This document shows, piece by piece, positions 16,292 to 27,031 of a stretch of 64,000 bases of DNA. The stretch covers positions 224 to 64,223 of the forward strand of contig JBNKVX010000004.1 of NCBI GenBank assembly GCA_050299435.1, in the 5' to 3' direction. The notes under the pieces were generated by a model that saw nothing but the letters and a program-made list of their open reading frames with translations, was not told the DNA's origin and searched no databases. The position numbers and the translations under genes are program-made. Numbering within the stretch: position 1 is the stretch's first letter; every line of letters starts with the position of its first letter. The DNA comes from Cellvibrionaceae bacterium (GTDB lineage: Bacteria; Pseudomonadota; Gammaproteobacteria; Pseudomonadales; Cellvibrionaceae).

Positions 16292-17716
16292 ATGACATCC
16301 ACTCACGACCATCCGGTGTACAACTACAAGGTTGTACGCCAATTCACAGTGATGACTGTGGTCTGGGGCATTGTCGGCATGTTTGTTGGCGTATTGATCG
16401 CCGCGCAACTTGTTTGGCCGGTGCTGAATTTTGATCTCCCCTGGCTGCATTTTGGGCGGCTTCGTCCCCTGCATACCAATGCGGTTATTTTTGCCTTCGG
16501 TGGCTGCGCGTTATTCGCCAGTTCGTTTTATGTGGTGCAACGCACCTGCCAAGCGCCATTGATTTCCAACACGCTTGCCGCCATGGTGTTTTGGGGATGG
16601 CAGTTGGTGATTGTTTTAGCCGCTATTTCTCTACCGATGGGTTGGACTTCCGGTAAAGAGTACGCTGAGCTCGAATGGCCAATCGATTTGCTGATTACAG
16701 TGGTTTGGGTGCTCTATGCGATTGTGTTTTTTGGCACCATCATGAAACGCAAAACCTCGCACATCTATGTCGCCAATTGGTTTTTCGGTGCGTTTATTAT
16801 TACGGTCGCCGTGCTGCACATTATCAATAGTCTTGTTGTTCCCGTAACCTTGACCAAGTCCTATCCAATATATGCCGGTGCCGTGGACGCGATGGTGCAA
16901 TGGTGGTACGGCCACAATGCGGTGGGCTTCTTTTTAACCGCAGGCTTCCTTGGAATAATGTATTACTTCGTCCCAAAACAAGCTGATCGCCCTGTGTATT
17001 CCTATCGCTTGAGCATCGTACACTTTTGGGCGCTGATCGCGATTTACATCTGGGCTGGCCCACATCACCTTCACTACACTGCATTGCCCGATTGGGCACA
17101 AAGTCTCGGGATGGTGATGTCACTTGTGTTATTGGCGCCATCCTGGGGAGGCATGATTAATGGTGTGATGACTTTGTCAGGCGCCTGGGACAAATTACGT
17201 ACCGACCCGATTTTACGTTTTCTGGTGGTGTCACTTTCCTTTTATGGCATGTCGACATTTGAGGGGCCAATGATGTCCATCAAAACAGTTAACAGCCTCT
17301 CCCATTACACTGACTGGACCATTGGCCATGTACACAGCGGCGCCTTGGGTTGGGTTGCGATGGTAAGTATCGGCTGCATGTATCACTTGATTCCCATTAT
17401 GTTTGGTCGCGAACGGATGTACAGCATTCGCATGATCAACATTCATTTTTGGATGTCGACCATCGGAACAGTTTTATACATCGCCTCCATGTGGGTTAAC
17501 GGCATTATTCAGGGCCTTATGTGGCGTGCCTACAATGCGGACAACTCCCTCTCCTACAGTTTTGTCCAATCGGTTGAAGCCAGTTATCCCGGTTACGTGG
17601 TGCGCTTTATCGGTGGGGCGATTTTTGCTTCAGGTATGTTGTTAATGGCTTATAACCTCTGGCTGACGGCTGCAAAAGAAACTCATGAAGACAGTGAGAA
17701 GGAGGCCGCGCAATGA
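16292..17716 (+). CDS. ccoN: cbb3-type cytochrome c oxidase subunit I
   Basis: [37 protein letters not shown]. Confidence 0.98.
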   Translation: MTSTHDHPVYNYKVVRQFTVMTVVWGIVGMFVGVLIAAQLVWPVLNFDLPWLHFGRLRPLHTNAVIFAFGGCALFASSFYVVQRTCQAPLISNTLAAMVFWGWQLVIVLAAISLPMGWTSGKEYAELEWPIDLLITVVWVLYAIVFFGTIMKRKTSHIYVANWFFGAFIITVAVLHIINSLVVPVTLTKSYPIYAGAVDAMVQWWYGHNAVGFFLTAGFLGIMYYFVPKQADRPVYSYRLSIVHFWALIAIYIWAGPHHLHYTALPDWAQSLGMVMSLVLLAPSWGGMINGVMTLSGAWDKLRTDPILRFLVVSLSFYGMSTFEGPMMSIKTVNSLSHYTDWTIGHVHSGALGWVAMVSIGCMYHLIPIMFGRERMYSIRMINIHFWMSTIGTVLYIASMWVNGIIQGLMWRAYNADNSLSYSFVQSVEASYPGYVVRFIGGAIFASGMLLMAYNLWLTAAKETHEDSEKEAAQ

Positions 17717-18312
17717 ACCACGACAAGATAGAAAAAAATGTCGGCTTGATGATGGTCTTGATTATCGTCGCTATCAGTTTTGGTGCGCTAGTGGAATTGG
17801 TTCCGCTCATGTTTCAGAAGCAAGTGCAGGATCCCATTGATGGTCTAATGCCACTTACGGCTTTGCAGCTGGAAGGTCGCGATATTTACATTCGTGAGGG
17901 CTGCAATGTTTGTCATTCACAGATGATCAGACCTTTTCGATCCGAAACTGAGCGCTACGGGCATTATTCTGTAGCGGGTGAGCATGTTTATGAACATCCC
18001 TTCCTGTGGGGCTCAAAACGCACAGGGCCGGATCTCGCGCGAGTGGGTGGGCGCTACAGTGATGATTGGCATCGCGCTCACTTGTTCAATCCTCGCAATG
18101 TTGTGCCTGAATCTAATATGCCCGCCTTTCCCTGGTTATTTAAAAATAAGCTCGATGGCAAAAATACCGCCGCAAAAATGCAAGCCCTTTCTCTGGTAGG
18201 CGTACCTTATACCGAAAAAGATATGGCATCAGCTCAAGCTGAGGTGGAAGGAAAGTACGAGATTGATGCAGTTGTTGCTTACTTACAACAACTCGGCATC
18301 TTGCTGAAATAG
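17713..18312 (+). CDS. ccoO: cbb3 oxidase subunit II
   Basis: [30 protein letters not shown]. Confidence 0.98.
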   Translation: MNHDKIEKNVGLMMVLIIVAISFGALVELVPLMFQKQVQDPIDGLMPLTALQLEGRDIYIREGCNVCHSQMIRPFRSETERYGHYSVAGEHVYEHPFLWGSKRTGPDLARVGGRYSDDWHRAHLFNPRNVVPESNMPAFPWLFKNKLDGKNTAAKMQALSLVGVPYTEKDMASAQAEVEGKYEIDAVVAYLQQLGILLK

Positions 18313-18321
18313 GAGGCGGTC

Positions 18322-18486
18322 TTGGATATCAATACATTAAGAGGCTTAGCAACTTTATTGTTGTTTATTGCTTTTGTCGGTATGTGCATTTGGGTCTTCA
18401 GCAGTAAGCGTAAACAAGACTTCGAAGAAGCCGCGCAATTGCCCTTCGCCGACGACGAAAAAAATCGAGGATCTCAACATGAGTAG
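18322..18486 (+). CDS. ccoQ: cbb3 oxidase subunit CcoQ (54 aa, absent from the ORF track)
   Basis: AGGAGG RBS and TTG start; translates MDINTLRGLATLLLFIAFVGMCIWVFSSKRKQDFEEAAQLPFADDEKNRGSQHE. Confidence 0.93.
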   Translation: MDINTLRGLATLLLFIAFVGMCIWVFSSKRKQDFEEAAQLPFADDEKNRGSQHE

Positions 18487-19357
18487 CTTTTGGAGCCTTT
18501 GGATAATTGTATTAACCATTGTCACTTTGCTTGGCGTTACATGGCTTTTATTTGCGAACCGCAAAACAAAATTAAATGTCGACAATGAAGCCAAAACCGG
18601 ACATGTTTACGACGGCATCGAAGAATACGACAACCCACTTCCGGCCTGGTGGTTTAATTTATTTGTACTCACTTTAATTTTTACTGTGGGCTATTTAATT
18701 TTCTATCCAGGAATGGGTAATTTTAAAGGGCTGCTGGGTTGGACTTCTGTGGGCCAATGGGAAAAAGAAGTGGCGGCAGCGGAAGAAAAATTCCGGCCGA
18801 TGTATGAAAGCATGGCAAGCGTAGCGATTCCTGAATTGGCAAAAGATTCCAAGGCGATGAAAATTGGTCAACGCCTGTTTGCTAACAACTGCGCTACCTG
18901 TCATGGCTCAGATGCAGGTGGTGCTCTAGGCTACCCCAATTTAACTGATGACGATTGGCTATATGGTGGTTCGCCAGAACAAATTACAAAATCTATTACA
19001 GATGGCCGCACTGCTGTTATGCCTGCCTGGGTCAGTGCTTTGGGTAGCGAAGGCCTGGATACCCTTAGCGACTATGTGTTGGATTTGAGCGCTGGCAAAG
19101 CAAATGAAGAGAGTGCCGACGCACAAACTTTTGCCACAATGTGTGCTGTGTGTCACGGCCCGGATGGGAAAGGCAATATTGCTGTGGGCGCGCCAAACCT
19201 AACTGACGATATTTGGCTCTACGGCAGCAGTAAAGACCACATTTTGCAAACGCTGGCAAAAGGTCGCAACGGGCAAATGCCTGCTCACAAAGAGATATTG
19301 AGCCCCGAAAAGATTCATATTTTGGCGGCCTACGTTTATAGTTTATCGAATGAGTGA
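18479..19357 (+). CDS. ccoP: cbb3 oxidase subunit III
   Basis: GHVYDGIEEYDNPLPAWW; two CxxCH motifs (CATCH, CAVCH). Start is ATG at 18479. Confidence 0.97.
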   Translation: MSSFWSLWIIVLTIVTLLGVTWLLFANRKTKLNVDNEAKTGHVYDGIEEYDNPLPAWWFNLFVLTLIFTVGYLIFYPGMGNFKGLLGWTSVGQWEKEVAAAEEKFRPMYESMASVAIPELAKDSKAMKIGQRLFANNCATCHGSDAGGALGYPNLTDDDWLYGGSPEQITKSITDGRTAVMPAWVSALGSEGLDTLSDYVLDLSAGKANEESADAQTFATMCAVCHGPDGKGNIAVGAPNLTDDIWLYGSSKDHILQTLAKGRNGQMPAHKEILSPEKIHILAAYVYSLSNE

Positions 19358-20798
19358 AAAAATCCCTGCCAATGATATTACAGAAGAAGTTCCTCAAGAA
19401 TTCGCAGAAATTGATCTCTACCAAAAAAGAGAAAAAATTTACACGCGAAAGATTGAGGGCTTCTTTCAGCGGCTGCGCGTATTTACCGGGTGGCCACTTT
19501 TAATTGGCTATTTTTCACTTCCCTGGCTGAGTTGGGGCGATCGCCAAGCCATACTCTTTGATTTACCTGCAAGAAAATTTCACATTCTCGGGCTCACGCT
19601 CTGGCCGCAAGATTTTCCACTGCTGGCTTGGGTTTTGATTATTTCCGCCTTTGCACTTTTCCTTGTCACAAAATTATTTGGCCGCGTCTGGTGCGGCTAC
19701 TCCTGCCCACAAACAGTATGGACTTCAATGTTTATGTGGATAGAGCAACGCACAGAAGGCACACGCAATCAGCGAATTAAGTTAGATAAAGGATCGTGGA
19801 CTAGCGAAAAAATCCTCAAAAAAAGTATTAAACATGCGATGTGGCTAGGACTCGCTTTTTACACCGCCTTTACTTTTGTGGCTTATTTTACGCCGGCGAA
19901 TGAACTTATTTTTTCTTTTTTTGATCTTTCGGTAAACCTTTGGGCTGCAACCTGGATAGGTATATTTACACTTTTAACTTACTTAAATGCTGGTTGGTTA
20001 CGTGAGCAGGTGTGTTTGCATATGTGCCCCTACGCACGTTTTCAATCTGCTATGTTTGACTCCAACACTTTGATTGTGTCCTATGATTCGCAACGCGGGG
20101 AACCGCGCGGTTCCCGTAAGAAAAATGTTGACCCAAAAAGTCTTGAACTAGGCGACTGCGTAGACTGCGAATTGTGTGTTCAAGTTTGCCCGACAGGCAT
20201 TGATATACGAGACGGCTTGCAATACGAATGCATCAGTTGTACACACTGTATTGATGCTTGTGATTCCGTTATGGATAAAATGGGTTATGCACGCGGCTTG
20301 ATTTCTTATACCACCGAAAATTTTTTGAAGGGAGTGAGTAAAAACAAATATTCATTTTTGCGCCCTGCGACCCTCGGGTATTTTGCTGCGATTATGTTAA
20401 TGGTGGGTGTTTTTAGCTGGTACGTATATTCTCGTGTTCCGCTTGATCTCGATATCATCAGAGACCGAACACAACTGTATCAGGAACGTGGAGAGTTTTT
20501 GGAAAATAATTACACTGCACGCATAATGAACATGACTGAAGAGGCTCAGCAACTTGAACTTTCTATTCTCGACAGCGGCGAGCTTCAACTCGATAAAGTT
20601 TCCATTTTGGGTAACACGCAGCTTAGTTTAGCTGCAGGTGAATTGGCTGAAATTCCTTTTCGTATTAGCATTCCCAAATCTGCAGCCAAAACTCCTGTGA
20701 TAAGTTTAAATATTGAAGTCCGTTCGCTTTCCGAGCCGAATTTACAAGCTGAAAAAGTCACTAATTTTCTAAGCCCGGGGAATGTCCAACATGATTAG
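19350..20798 (+). CDS. ccoG: Cytochrome c oxidase accessory protein CcoG/FixG
   Basis: GRVWCGYSCPQTVW, CLHMCPY, CVDCELCVQVCP, CISCTHCIDAC. Confidence 0.95.
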   Translation: MSEKIPANDITEEVPQEFAEIDLYQKREKIYTRKIEGFFQRLRVFTGWPLLIGYFSLPWLSWGDRQAILFDLPARKFHILGLTLWPQDFPLLAWVLIISAFALFLVTKLFGRVWCGYSCPQTVWTSMFMWIEQRTEGTRNQRIKLDKGSWTSEKILKKSIKHAMWLGLAFYTAFTFVAYFTPANELIFSFFDLSVNLWAATWIGIFTLLTYLNAGWLREQVCLHMCPYARFQSAMFDSNTLIVSYDSQRGEPRGSRKKNVDPKSLELGDCVDCELCVQVCPTGIDIRDGLQYECISCTHCIDACDSVMDKMGYARGLISYTTENFLKGVSKNKYSFLRPATLGYFAAIMLMVGVFSWYVYSRVPLDLDIIRDRTQLYQERGEFLENNYTARIMNMTEEAQQLELSILDSGELQLDKVSILGNTQLSLAAGELAEIPFRISIPKSAAKTPVISLNIEVRSLSEPNLQAEKVTNFLSPGNVQHD

Positions 20799-21300
20799 GA
20801 ACCCCGCTTGGTACAAACAATTTTGGCCCTGGTTTATTATCGCGCTACCCGCTACAGCTGTGGTTGCCGGCTTGTTAACTCTATTTATTGCAATTAAACA
20901 TTCCGACTCTCTCGTTGAAGATGATTACTACAAAGAAGGCTTGGCGATTAACACTAATTTGCAAAAAGAGAAGCGCGCAAAGGATTTGGGCATTTCAATT
21001 AAATTCGATATAGATTCTTCTTCAAAACGCATTAATCTTGAATTAGTTTCTAAAACCAAGCTAGCGTTGCCGTCCCTATTGAATCTCAAATTAATTCACC
21101 CCATGGATGCAAAGAGAGACAAAACTTTTCCTTTACAACGTGATGAAAAAACAGGTACTTATTCTCAACAGTATTCGGAACTCGCGGACATTGATTGGAT
21201 GCTGGAAGTCACGCCGATTTATCTGGAAAACAAACCGGATTTAAAAGACGACTGGAAACTACGTGGCAAACGCAGCCTATACACCAGAAATGGAACCTGA
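20782..21300 (+). CDS. ccoH: FixH/CcoH family protein
   Basis: PAWYKQFWPWFIIALP, LVEDDYYKEGLAIN. Confidence 0.92.
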   Translation: MSNMIRNPAWYKQFWPWFIIALPATAVVAGLLTLFIAIKHSDSLVEDDYYKEGLAINTNLQKEKRAKDLGISIKFDIDSSSKRINLELVSKTKLALPSLLNLKLIHPMDAKRDKTFPLQRDEKTGTYSQQYSELADIDWMLEVTPIYLENKPDLKDDWKLRGKRSLYTRNGT

Positions 21301-23758
21301 GGCGCGCGCTTTAATCTGCGCAAAAGAGAGTATTAAAAACTGTTATCACTGTGGTTTAACAATAGAGCCTCAGGTAAAAATTTCATCGACACATCACAAT
21401 AAAGATCTGTATTTTTGCTGTCAGGGCTGTAAAGCAGTTTGCGATTTGATTCTGGCTGGTGGCCTGGAAAATTATTATCGTCACCGCAGCGAGTTTGCTG
21501 AAAAACCAGAAAACACACAGTCAAAATTTTTGGAATTTGATAATTCGGTTTTCCAAGCCTCATTTTGTCGCAGCATCGATCCTGGTATTCAGCAAGCTTC
21601 TCTGTATATTGAAGGTATTCACTGTGCAGCTTGTGTTTGGTTACTCGAACAAGCCTTGAATTCTTGCGAGGGAGTCAGCTCGGCGAGCGTTAGTCTGGTT
21701 GATAATGAAGCCGAAGTTTGTTGGCAAAGCGACGATCAGAAATTGTCGAACATTGTTCAGCTTATTCATCAACTCGGCTATCGAGCCTTGCCCTGGAGCG
21801 AAGATACCAATCAACGATTGCAAGGCGAAGCGGAACAAACACTACTAAGACGTACTGGGCTAGCAGGCTTGATTATGATGCAGGTAGGAATGTTTTCTAT
21901 CGCACTGTATGCTTCCGGCCCAAATGGAATGGCAAGCGAATATAAAGATTTGCTGCACGGATTTTCCTTATTATTGAGCACCGTGTTATTGCTTTATTCC
22001 GGACGCATTTTTTTTCAGGGTGCTTGGCGCAGCATGAAGCGATGGCGGGTTAGCATGGATGTGCCCATAGCGCTTGCCCTCACGGCAGCATGGACTGGCA
22101 GTGTGGTGAATACAGTTCGCGGCAGTGGCGACGTGTATTTTGATTCTATTTGTATGTTTGTGTTTTTGTTGAGCGGCGTACGTTATTTGGAACTTAAGGC
22201 GAGAAATCGCTATGCACATTTAGATCAAAAAGGGGATTTACCGCCGAATTGTAAAATACTTCAGGATAAAGAAAACAATCTCTACAGCTTTGTAGCTCTT
22301 CAGGAAATCAAGATCGGTGACCTGATCTATGTCCAGCGTGGTGAAATGATTCCCGTCGACGGTCGCCTGGAAAGTGAAAGTGCCCTGGTGAATGAGGCAA
22401 ATATCAGTGGCGAATTTTTACCAGTCGAAAAGGTGCAGGGTCAGCGCGTTTTATCTGGCTCTATCAATCAATCCAACAATCTTATTTTAAGGGCCGATAA
22501 AATTTCAGAAAACTCCTGCTTACAAAACATAAAACGATTTAGCAGGCAGACGAAAAACCAGCAAACACGTTTTCTAGCAAGCAGCGATTTAATAGCCCAG
22601 TATTTTTCCTTTTTCATAGTCGTTGCAACTGCGCTTGTAAGCATCGTCTGGTATTGGTTAGACCCCGCCCGTGTGCTGGAAATCGATATCGCTATGTTGG
22701 TTATTACTTGTCCCTGTGCGCTTTCTCTCGCGGCGCCCTCAGCTTTTACTGTTGCTGCAAACTATCTGCGCAAAAAAGGCATCATAATCTGCAACAAAAA
22801 TACTTTGGAAAAAATTAAGCACATCGATCAGTTAGCGTTTGACAAAACAGGTACGCTCACAGAAGGGCGCTTTACTCTGAAACAGTCTCACTATTTTGAC
22901 AACCCGCATGAAAGTGTTATTGATTCCATTGCTTTTGCTCTGCAAAGTTGGTCAGAACATCCGCTTGCGCATGCTTTTCAATTTAAAAATGACCTTATCA
23001 AAATTGAAAAGGCCGCAAGTCATACCAGTGCAGGTGTCTCAGCACTAATCACCGATATGCGCTTACCTCAATCCAATATTCAGCAAGGCGAATTTCGAAT
23101 TGGTAGCCGTCATTTTTGTGCAGAATTGTATAAGGGGCCATTACCTGATGTAGACACCGCTTCTTCTCTGACTACGGTATGGCTGGTGAATGCGACGCAA
23201 TGTTTAGCCTGCTATGAATTGGAAGATAGTCTGCGTGCCGATGCGCTACTCGCTTTGAACAAACTTCATCGCTATTCACCTTTTCTCATTAGCGGTGACA
23301 ATGCCAAGGTGGTAGAAAAAACTGCGCATGAACTTGGATTAAATGAGTGGTACTCGGGCTGCAGCCCGAGCGAAAAACTCAAAATACTTCAGGAAAAACA
23401 GGCTAAGGGACATAAATTATTAATGGTGGGCGATGGGGTGAATGATTTACCGGTTTTAGCCAAGGCCGATGTTTCTGTTGCCATGAATTCTGCCAATAAA
23501 CTTGCTCAGGTCGAAGCAGATTGTATTTTACTAAACAATAAAATAAGTGACCTGACAGACTTGATTGCAAGCGCAAACTTCACCTTTAAAATTATGCGAC
23601 AAAACTACAGCTGGGCTCTGCTGTATAATATGTTGGCGTTACCACTTGCTGCGATGGGCCTTGTGCCGCCCTGGCTTGCCGCACTTGGAATGTCGACAAG
23701 TTCTTTGATCGTTGTGTTAAACGCCGCGCGCATTTACCGACAACAACCGACGGTTTAA
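21263..23758 (+). CDS. ccoI: P1B-type copper ATPase CcoI/FixI
   Basis: CYHCGL, FCCQGC, CAAC, CPC, DKTGT, SEHP, GDGVND. Confidence 0.95.
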   Translation: MANAAYTPEMEPEARALICAKESIKNCYHCGLTIEPQVKISSTHHNKDLYFCCQGCKAVCDLILAGGLENYYRHRSEFAEKPENTQSKFLEFDNSVFQASFCRSIDPGIQQASLYIEGIHCAACVWLLEQALNSCEGVSSASVSLVDNEAEVCWQSDDQKLSNIVQLIHQLGYRALPWSEDTNQRLQGEAEQTLLRRTGLAGLIMMQVGMFSIALYASGPNGMASEYKDLLHGFSLLLSTVLLLYSGRIFFQGAWRSMKRWRVSMDVPIALALTAAWTGSVVNTVRGSGDVYFDSICMFVFLLSGVRYLELKARNRYAHLDQKGDLPPNCKILQDKENNLYSFVALQEIKIGDLIYVQRGEMIPVDGRLESESALVNEANISGEFLPVEKVQGQRVLSGSINQSNNLILRADKISENSCLQNIKRFSRQTKNQQTRFLASSDLIAQYFSFFIVVATALVSIVWYWLDPARVLEIDIAMLVITCPCALSLAAPSAFTVAANYLRKKGIIICNKNTLEKIKHIDQLAFDKTGTLTEGRFTLKQSHYFDNPHESVIDSIAFALQSWSEHPLAHAFQFKNDLIKIEKAASHTSAGVSALITDMRLPQSNIQQGEFRIGSRHFCAELYKGPLPDVDTASSLTTVWLVNATQCLACYELEDSLRADALLALNKLHRYSPFLISGDNAKVVEKTAHELGLNEWYSGCSPSEKLKILQEKQAKGHKLLMVGDGVNDLPVLAKADVSVAMNSANKLAQVEADCILLNNKISDLTDLIASANFTFKIMRQNYSWALLYNMLALPLAAMGLVPPWLAALGMSTSSLIVVLNAARIYRQQPTV

Positions 23759-23762
23759 CCTT

Positions 23763-23960
23763 ATGCCCAGTTTGTATATTTTAATTCCAATCGCAATGAT
23801 CTTTTGCGCTTTAGCCATTCGCGCACTGTTCTGGGCTTTGGATAACAATCAATACAAGGAGTTAGATAAGGAAGCCCACCGCATTCTCTTCGACGAAGAC
23901 AATTCAAAAGTGAATAACCCAGACCAAGCAATTAACAAGAAAAACGAGAACATTGACTGA
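23763..23960 (+). CDS. ccoS: cbb3 assembly protein CcoS
   Basis: LYILIPIA...FWALDNNQYKELDKEAHRILFDED. Confidence 0.92.
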   Translation: MPSLYILIPIAMIFCALAIRALFWALDNNQYKELDKEAHRILFDEDNSKVNNPDQAINKKNENID

Positions 23961-24654
23961 ACCCCTCTCTTTATTCGCAGCTTTAGTAATCGGACTTTCC
24001 GGCGGCCTGCATTGTGTCGCAATGTGCGGCGGGATTGCCTCTGCACTGGGTTATGCATCCCAGCAAAAGCTCAGCTTTCTTCTCGCCTACAACGGTGGAC
24101 GCATACTCAGTTACGCCATCCTCGGTCTGCTGTTTGCCTCCGCGACAGCAGTATTCAATGCCCACAGTATTTGGGCCCATCGAGTCTTACAGGGCTTGTC
24201 TTCTCTCTTACTTATCGGGATCGGATTGCACATTGGTTTTGGGATTAACAAAATTCAATGGTTGGAATCCAGTGGGGCCAAGGTTTGGCAGGCTATTCAA
24301 CCTCTCGCGCTAAAGCTCTTTCCGGTCAATACTCATCTGAAAGCCTGGGCGCTCGGCATGTGCTGGGGCTGGCTACCTTGCGGCTTGGTATACAGCACGC
24401 TGGCTCTAAGTGCCAGCTCAGCTTCTCCGCTCGTTAGCGCCACTATGATGGCTATATTTGGCGCGGGCACTCTGCCATGGCTACTTGCAAGTTTATTCGC
24501 TGGGCAGCGCCTGAGAGGCTTACACAGCATGCCTACAATCAAACGCGTAATGGGCATCGTGCTGATCGCTCTGGGGATTGTGGGTTTGTTTGAGCAGTTT
24601 GCGATGGAATTCTCTAAAAACACTACTCCCAACGAGCATCACCACCATCATTGA
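23953..24654 (+). CDS. DsbD_2/TauE-SafE-like membrane protein (CcoT-like) with His tail
   Basis: HCVAMCGG, YNGGRILSY, GWLPCGLVY, C-terminal HHHHH. Confidence 0.9.
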   Translation: MTEPLSLFAALVIGLSGGLHCVAMCGGIASALGYASQQKLSFLLAYNGGRILSYAILGLLFASATAVFNAHSIWAHRVLQGLSSLLLIGIGLHIGFGINKIQWLESSGAKVWQAIQPLALKLFPVNTHLKAWALGMCWGWLPCGLVYSTLALSASSASPLVSATMMAIFGAGTLPWLLASLFAGQRLRGLHSMPTIKRVMGIVLIALGIVGLFEQFAMEFSKNTTPNEHHHHH

Positions 24655-24692
24655 CCAAAATCAAAGGGCAATTCCGTCCAAAAATTTAGAAT
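24651..24692 (+). promoter_or_regulatory. FNR class II promoter of hemN
   Basis: TTGAC-CAAA-ATCAA (24651-24664) and -10 TAGAAT (24687-24692). Confidence 0.85.
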
Positions 24693-24739
24693 CCATGCTA
24701 CTGACCGTTCAAAAATAGCAGAACAATAAGGCAAGTATC

Positions 24740-26155
24740 ATGAGAGAAGGTATTGCGGCACCTGAATCGCCAAAACATACGACTATCGTGTGGAACCCCG
24801 ATTTAATTAAGCGTTATGACCTTTCAGGCCCACGTTACACTTCCTACCCCTCTGCGCCTCAATTTAAGTCTGGCTTTGAATCTTCCGCAATCGACGAAGC
24901 CATAGCGCGCAGCAATCAGAAAGGTTCGGAGTTATCGCTGTACTTTCATATCCCCTTTTGCGATACCGTCTGTTACTACTGTGCCTGTAATAAAATTGTG
25001 ACAGGTGATAAACAAAAAGCGGAACCCTATCTAACACACCTCTACCATGAGATTAGTATGAAAGGGGCGCAATTCGATAAGCAACGCGTCGTTAAACAAT
25101 TGCATTGGGGAGGAGGCACACCCACATTCATAAACCATGAGCAAATGAAAATGTTGATGGCAAAAACTCGAGAACATTTCATTTTGCTTGACGATGATAG
25201 CGGTGAATATTCTATTGAAGTTCACCCCGGCAACATAATACCCAACACTTTGAATGTGCTGCGGGATCTTGGATTCAATAGACTGAGCATGGGTGTCCAG
25301 GATTTTAATGAGGCGACACAAGTTGCAGTAAATCGTTTTAATAGTTTCGAGGAAGTCTCCAAACTCACAAAGGAGGCTCGCGATTTAGGCTTTCATTCGG
25401 TCAGTATGGATTTAATTTATGGCTTACCCAAGCAAAGCCTTGAGAGCTTAAAACTAACTCTGGAAAAAATTATTCTGCTTTCTCCTGATCGCATTTCTCT
25501 TTTTAACTATGCGCATCTTCCACATTTGTTTAAGACACAAAAACAAATTGACGAAAACACGCTGCCCTCGGCAAACGAAAAGCTCGCGATGTTGCAATAC
25601 GCAATTGAATTTCTCAACGACGCGGGATACATATTTATCGGCATGGATCACTTTGCCAAACCTGGCGATGACTTATCGCAAGTTCAGGCCAAAGGCGAAT
25701 TGAAAAGAAATTTTCAAGGTTACTCCACTCACGGAGACTGCGATCTCATTGCATTCGGTGTTTCCGGCATTAGCGCTATCGACAATATTTATGTACAAAA
25801 TTGCAAATCGCTCGATGACTATTATTCAGCCCTTGATCGTGGTGAATTGCCTGTAGAGTGTGGGATTAGCCTGAACCAAGATGACAGAATTCGCCAACAA
25901 GTGATAAATAAACTTATCTGTCAGTTTGAATTGAATTTTGGCGAGATCGAAACGCAGTTTGGTATATTCTTCCATCGGTATTTTCAAGCTGAACTCAAAG
26001 CCTTGCAGCCGATGATTGATGACCAGTTAGTCGAGTTATCTGACGCCAGGCTCAAAATCAGTCCTCAGGGCCGCCTACTTGTTCGACGTATTTGTATGTT
26101 GTTTGACGCCTATCTCACCCAACGACCCGAAATTCGCTACTCTCAGATCATCTAG
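24740..26155 (+). CDS. hemN: Oxygen-independent coproporphyrinogen III oxidase
   Basis: GPRYTSYP, CDTVCYYCAC, HWGGGTP, RNFQGYST. Confidence 0.97.
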   Translation: MREGIAAPESPKHTTIVWNPDLIKRYDLSGPRYTSYPSAPQFKSGFESSAIDEAIARSNQKGSELSLYFHIPFCDTVCYYCACNKIVTGDKQKAEPYLTHLYHEISMKGAQFDKQRVVKQLHWGGGTPTFINHEQMKMLMAKTREHFILLDDDSGEYSIEVHPGNIIPNTLNVLRDLGFNRLSMGVQDFNEATQVAVNRFNSFEEVSKLTKEARDLGFHSVSMDLIYGLPKQSLESLKLTLEKIILLSPDRISLFNYAHLPHLFKTQKQIDENTLPSANEKLAMLQYAIEFLNDAGYIFIGMDHFAKPGDDLSQVQAKGELKRNFQGYSTHGDCDLIAFGVSGISAIDNIYVQNCKSLDDYYSALDRGELPVECGISLNQDDRIRQQVINKLICQFELNFGEIETQFGIFFHRYFQAELKALQPMIDDQLVELSDARLKISPQGRLLVRRICMLFDAYLTQRPEIRYSQII

Positions 26156-26237
26156 TTTGTCTGTTTGAGTCAGGGCGCTTCCCTCAAACCGCTTTTTTTG
26201 CTACAAATGGCGGCTCACTTAGCGGGGGAAACTGATC

Positions 26238-26972
26238 GTGCAGCAAGGTTGTATCCATCATTCCAGCATCAGTTGCGGAGATTGCCGTCTAAACTCGATA
26301 TGTCTACCTATAAGCCTGCATTTGGAAGATATCAACAAGCTTGACGAGATCATCAAACAGGGGCGCCCCCTGCATAAAGGTGAGTTTGTCTACCGCAGCA
26401 GGGACAAGTTTAAGGCTGTCTATGCAGTGCGTTCTGGCACCATTAAAACCATTACCATTAGTGAAACTGGTGTTGAGCATGTCACCGGTTTTTACTTGCC
26501 GGGCGAAATATTTGGTATGGATGGGATAGGCAATGATTACTATGTCGGCTCGGCGGTGGCACTGGAAACCTCGGCCGTGTGTGAAATCCCCTTCACCGCC
26601 ATGCAAGAATTGAGTCTTAAAGTCCCTTCTCTCCAGCGTCGCTTTTTTCAGTTGATGAGCAAGGAAATTACCGGGGAACAGCAACTTGCCTCCTTGCTTA
26701 GCAGCAACACGGCTGAAGAGCGCGTAGCCGCTTTTCTTCTGAGTATCTCCAGCAGACAGCGTCGCCGCCAACTATCAGCAACAAAGTTTAATCTTTCGAT
26801 TTCACGTACAGAATTGGCCAGCTATCTTGGCTTGACCCTGGAGACCACGAGCAGGATATTCAGCCGAATGCAAAAAGATGGCGTCTTGCATCTGGATAAA
26901 AAGGAAGTAGAAATTCTGGATATTGAAAAACTGCGCGAAATCTCCCACTCTGCGGCAATTATTCACAATTAG
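26238..26972 (+). CDS. fnr: Fumarate/nitrate reduction regulator FNR/Anr
   Basis: CGDCRLNSIC plus a central Cys (VCEIP); HTH YLGLTLETTSR. Confidence 0.96.
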   Translation: MQQGCIHHSSISCGDCRLNSICLPISLHLEDINKLDEIIKQGRPLHKGEFVYRSRDKFKAVYAVRSGTIKTITISETGVEHVTGFYLPGEIFGMDGIGNDYYVGSAVALETSAVCEIPFTAMQELSLKVPSLQRRFFQLMSKEITGEQQLASLLSSNTAEERVAAFLLSISSRQRRRQLSATKFNLSISRTELASYLGLTLETTSRIFSRMQKDGVLHLDKKEVEILDIEKLREISHSAAIIHN

Positions 26973-26989
26973 TCAAGATGTTAAGGAAA

Positions 26990-27023
26990 GCTGTCAGAAT
27001 CCAGAGACTGAGATTCTGACAGC
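26990..27023 (-). terminator. Terminator between the convergent fnr and small ORF
   Basis: GCTGTCAGAATC...GATTCTGACAGC 12-bp stem; TTTCCTT follows on the minus strand. Confidence 0.65.
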
Positions 27024-27031
27024 GGGTGCCA

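Noticed and set aside
26163-26199. Terminator or FNR box between hemN and fnr
   Set aside because: Competing stems, a U tract offset from the stem, and a poor second FNR half-site.
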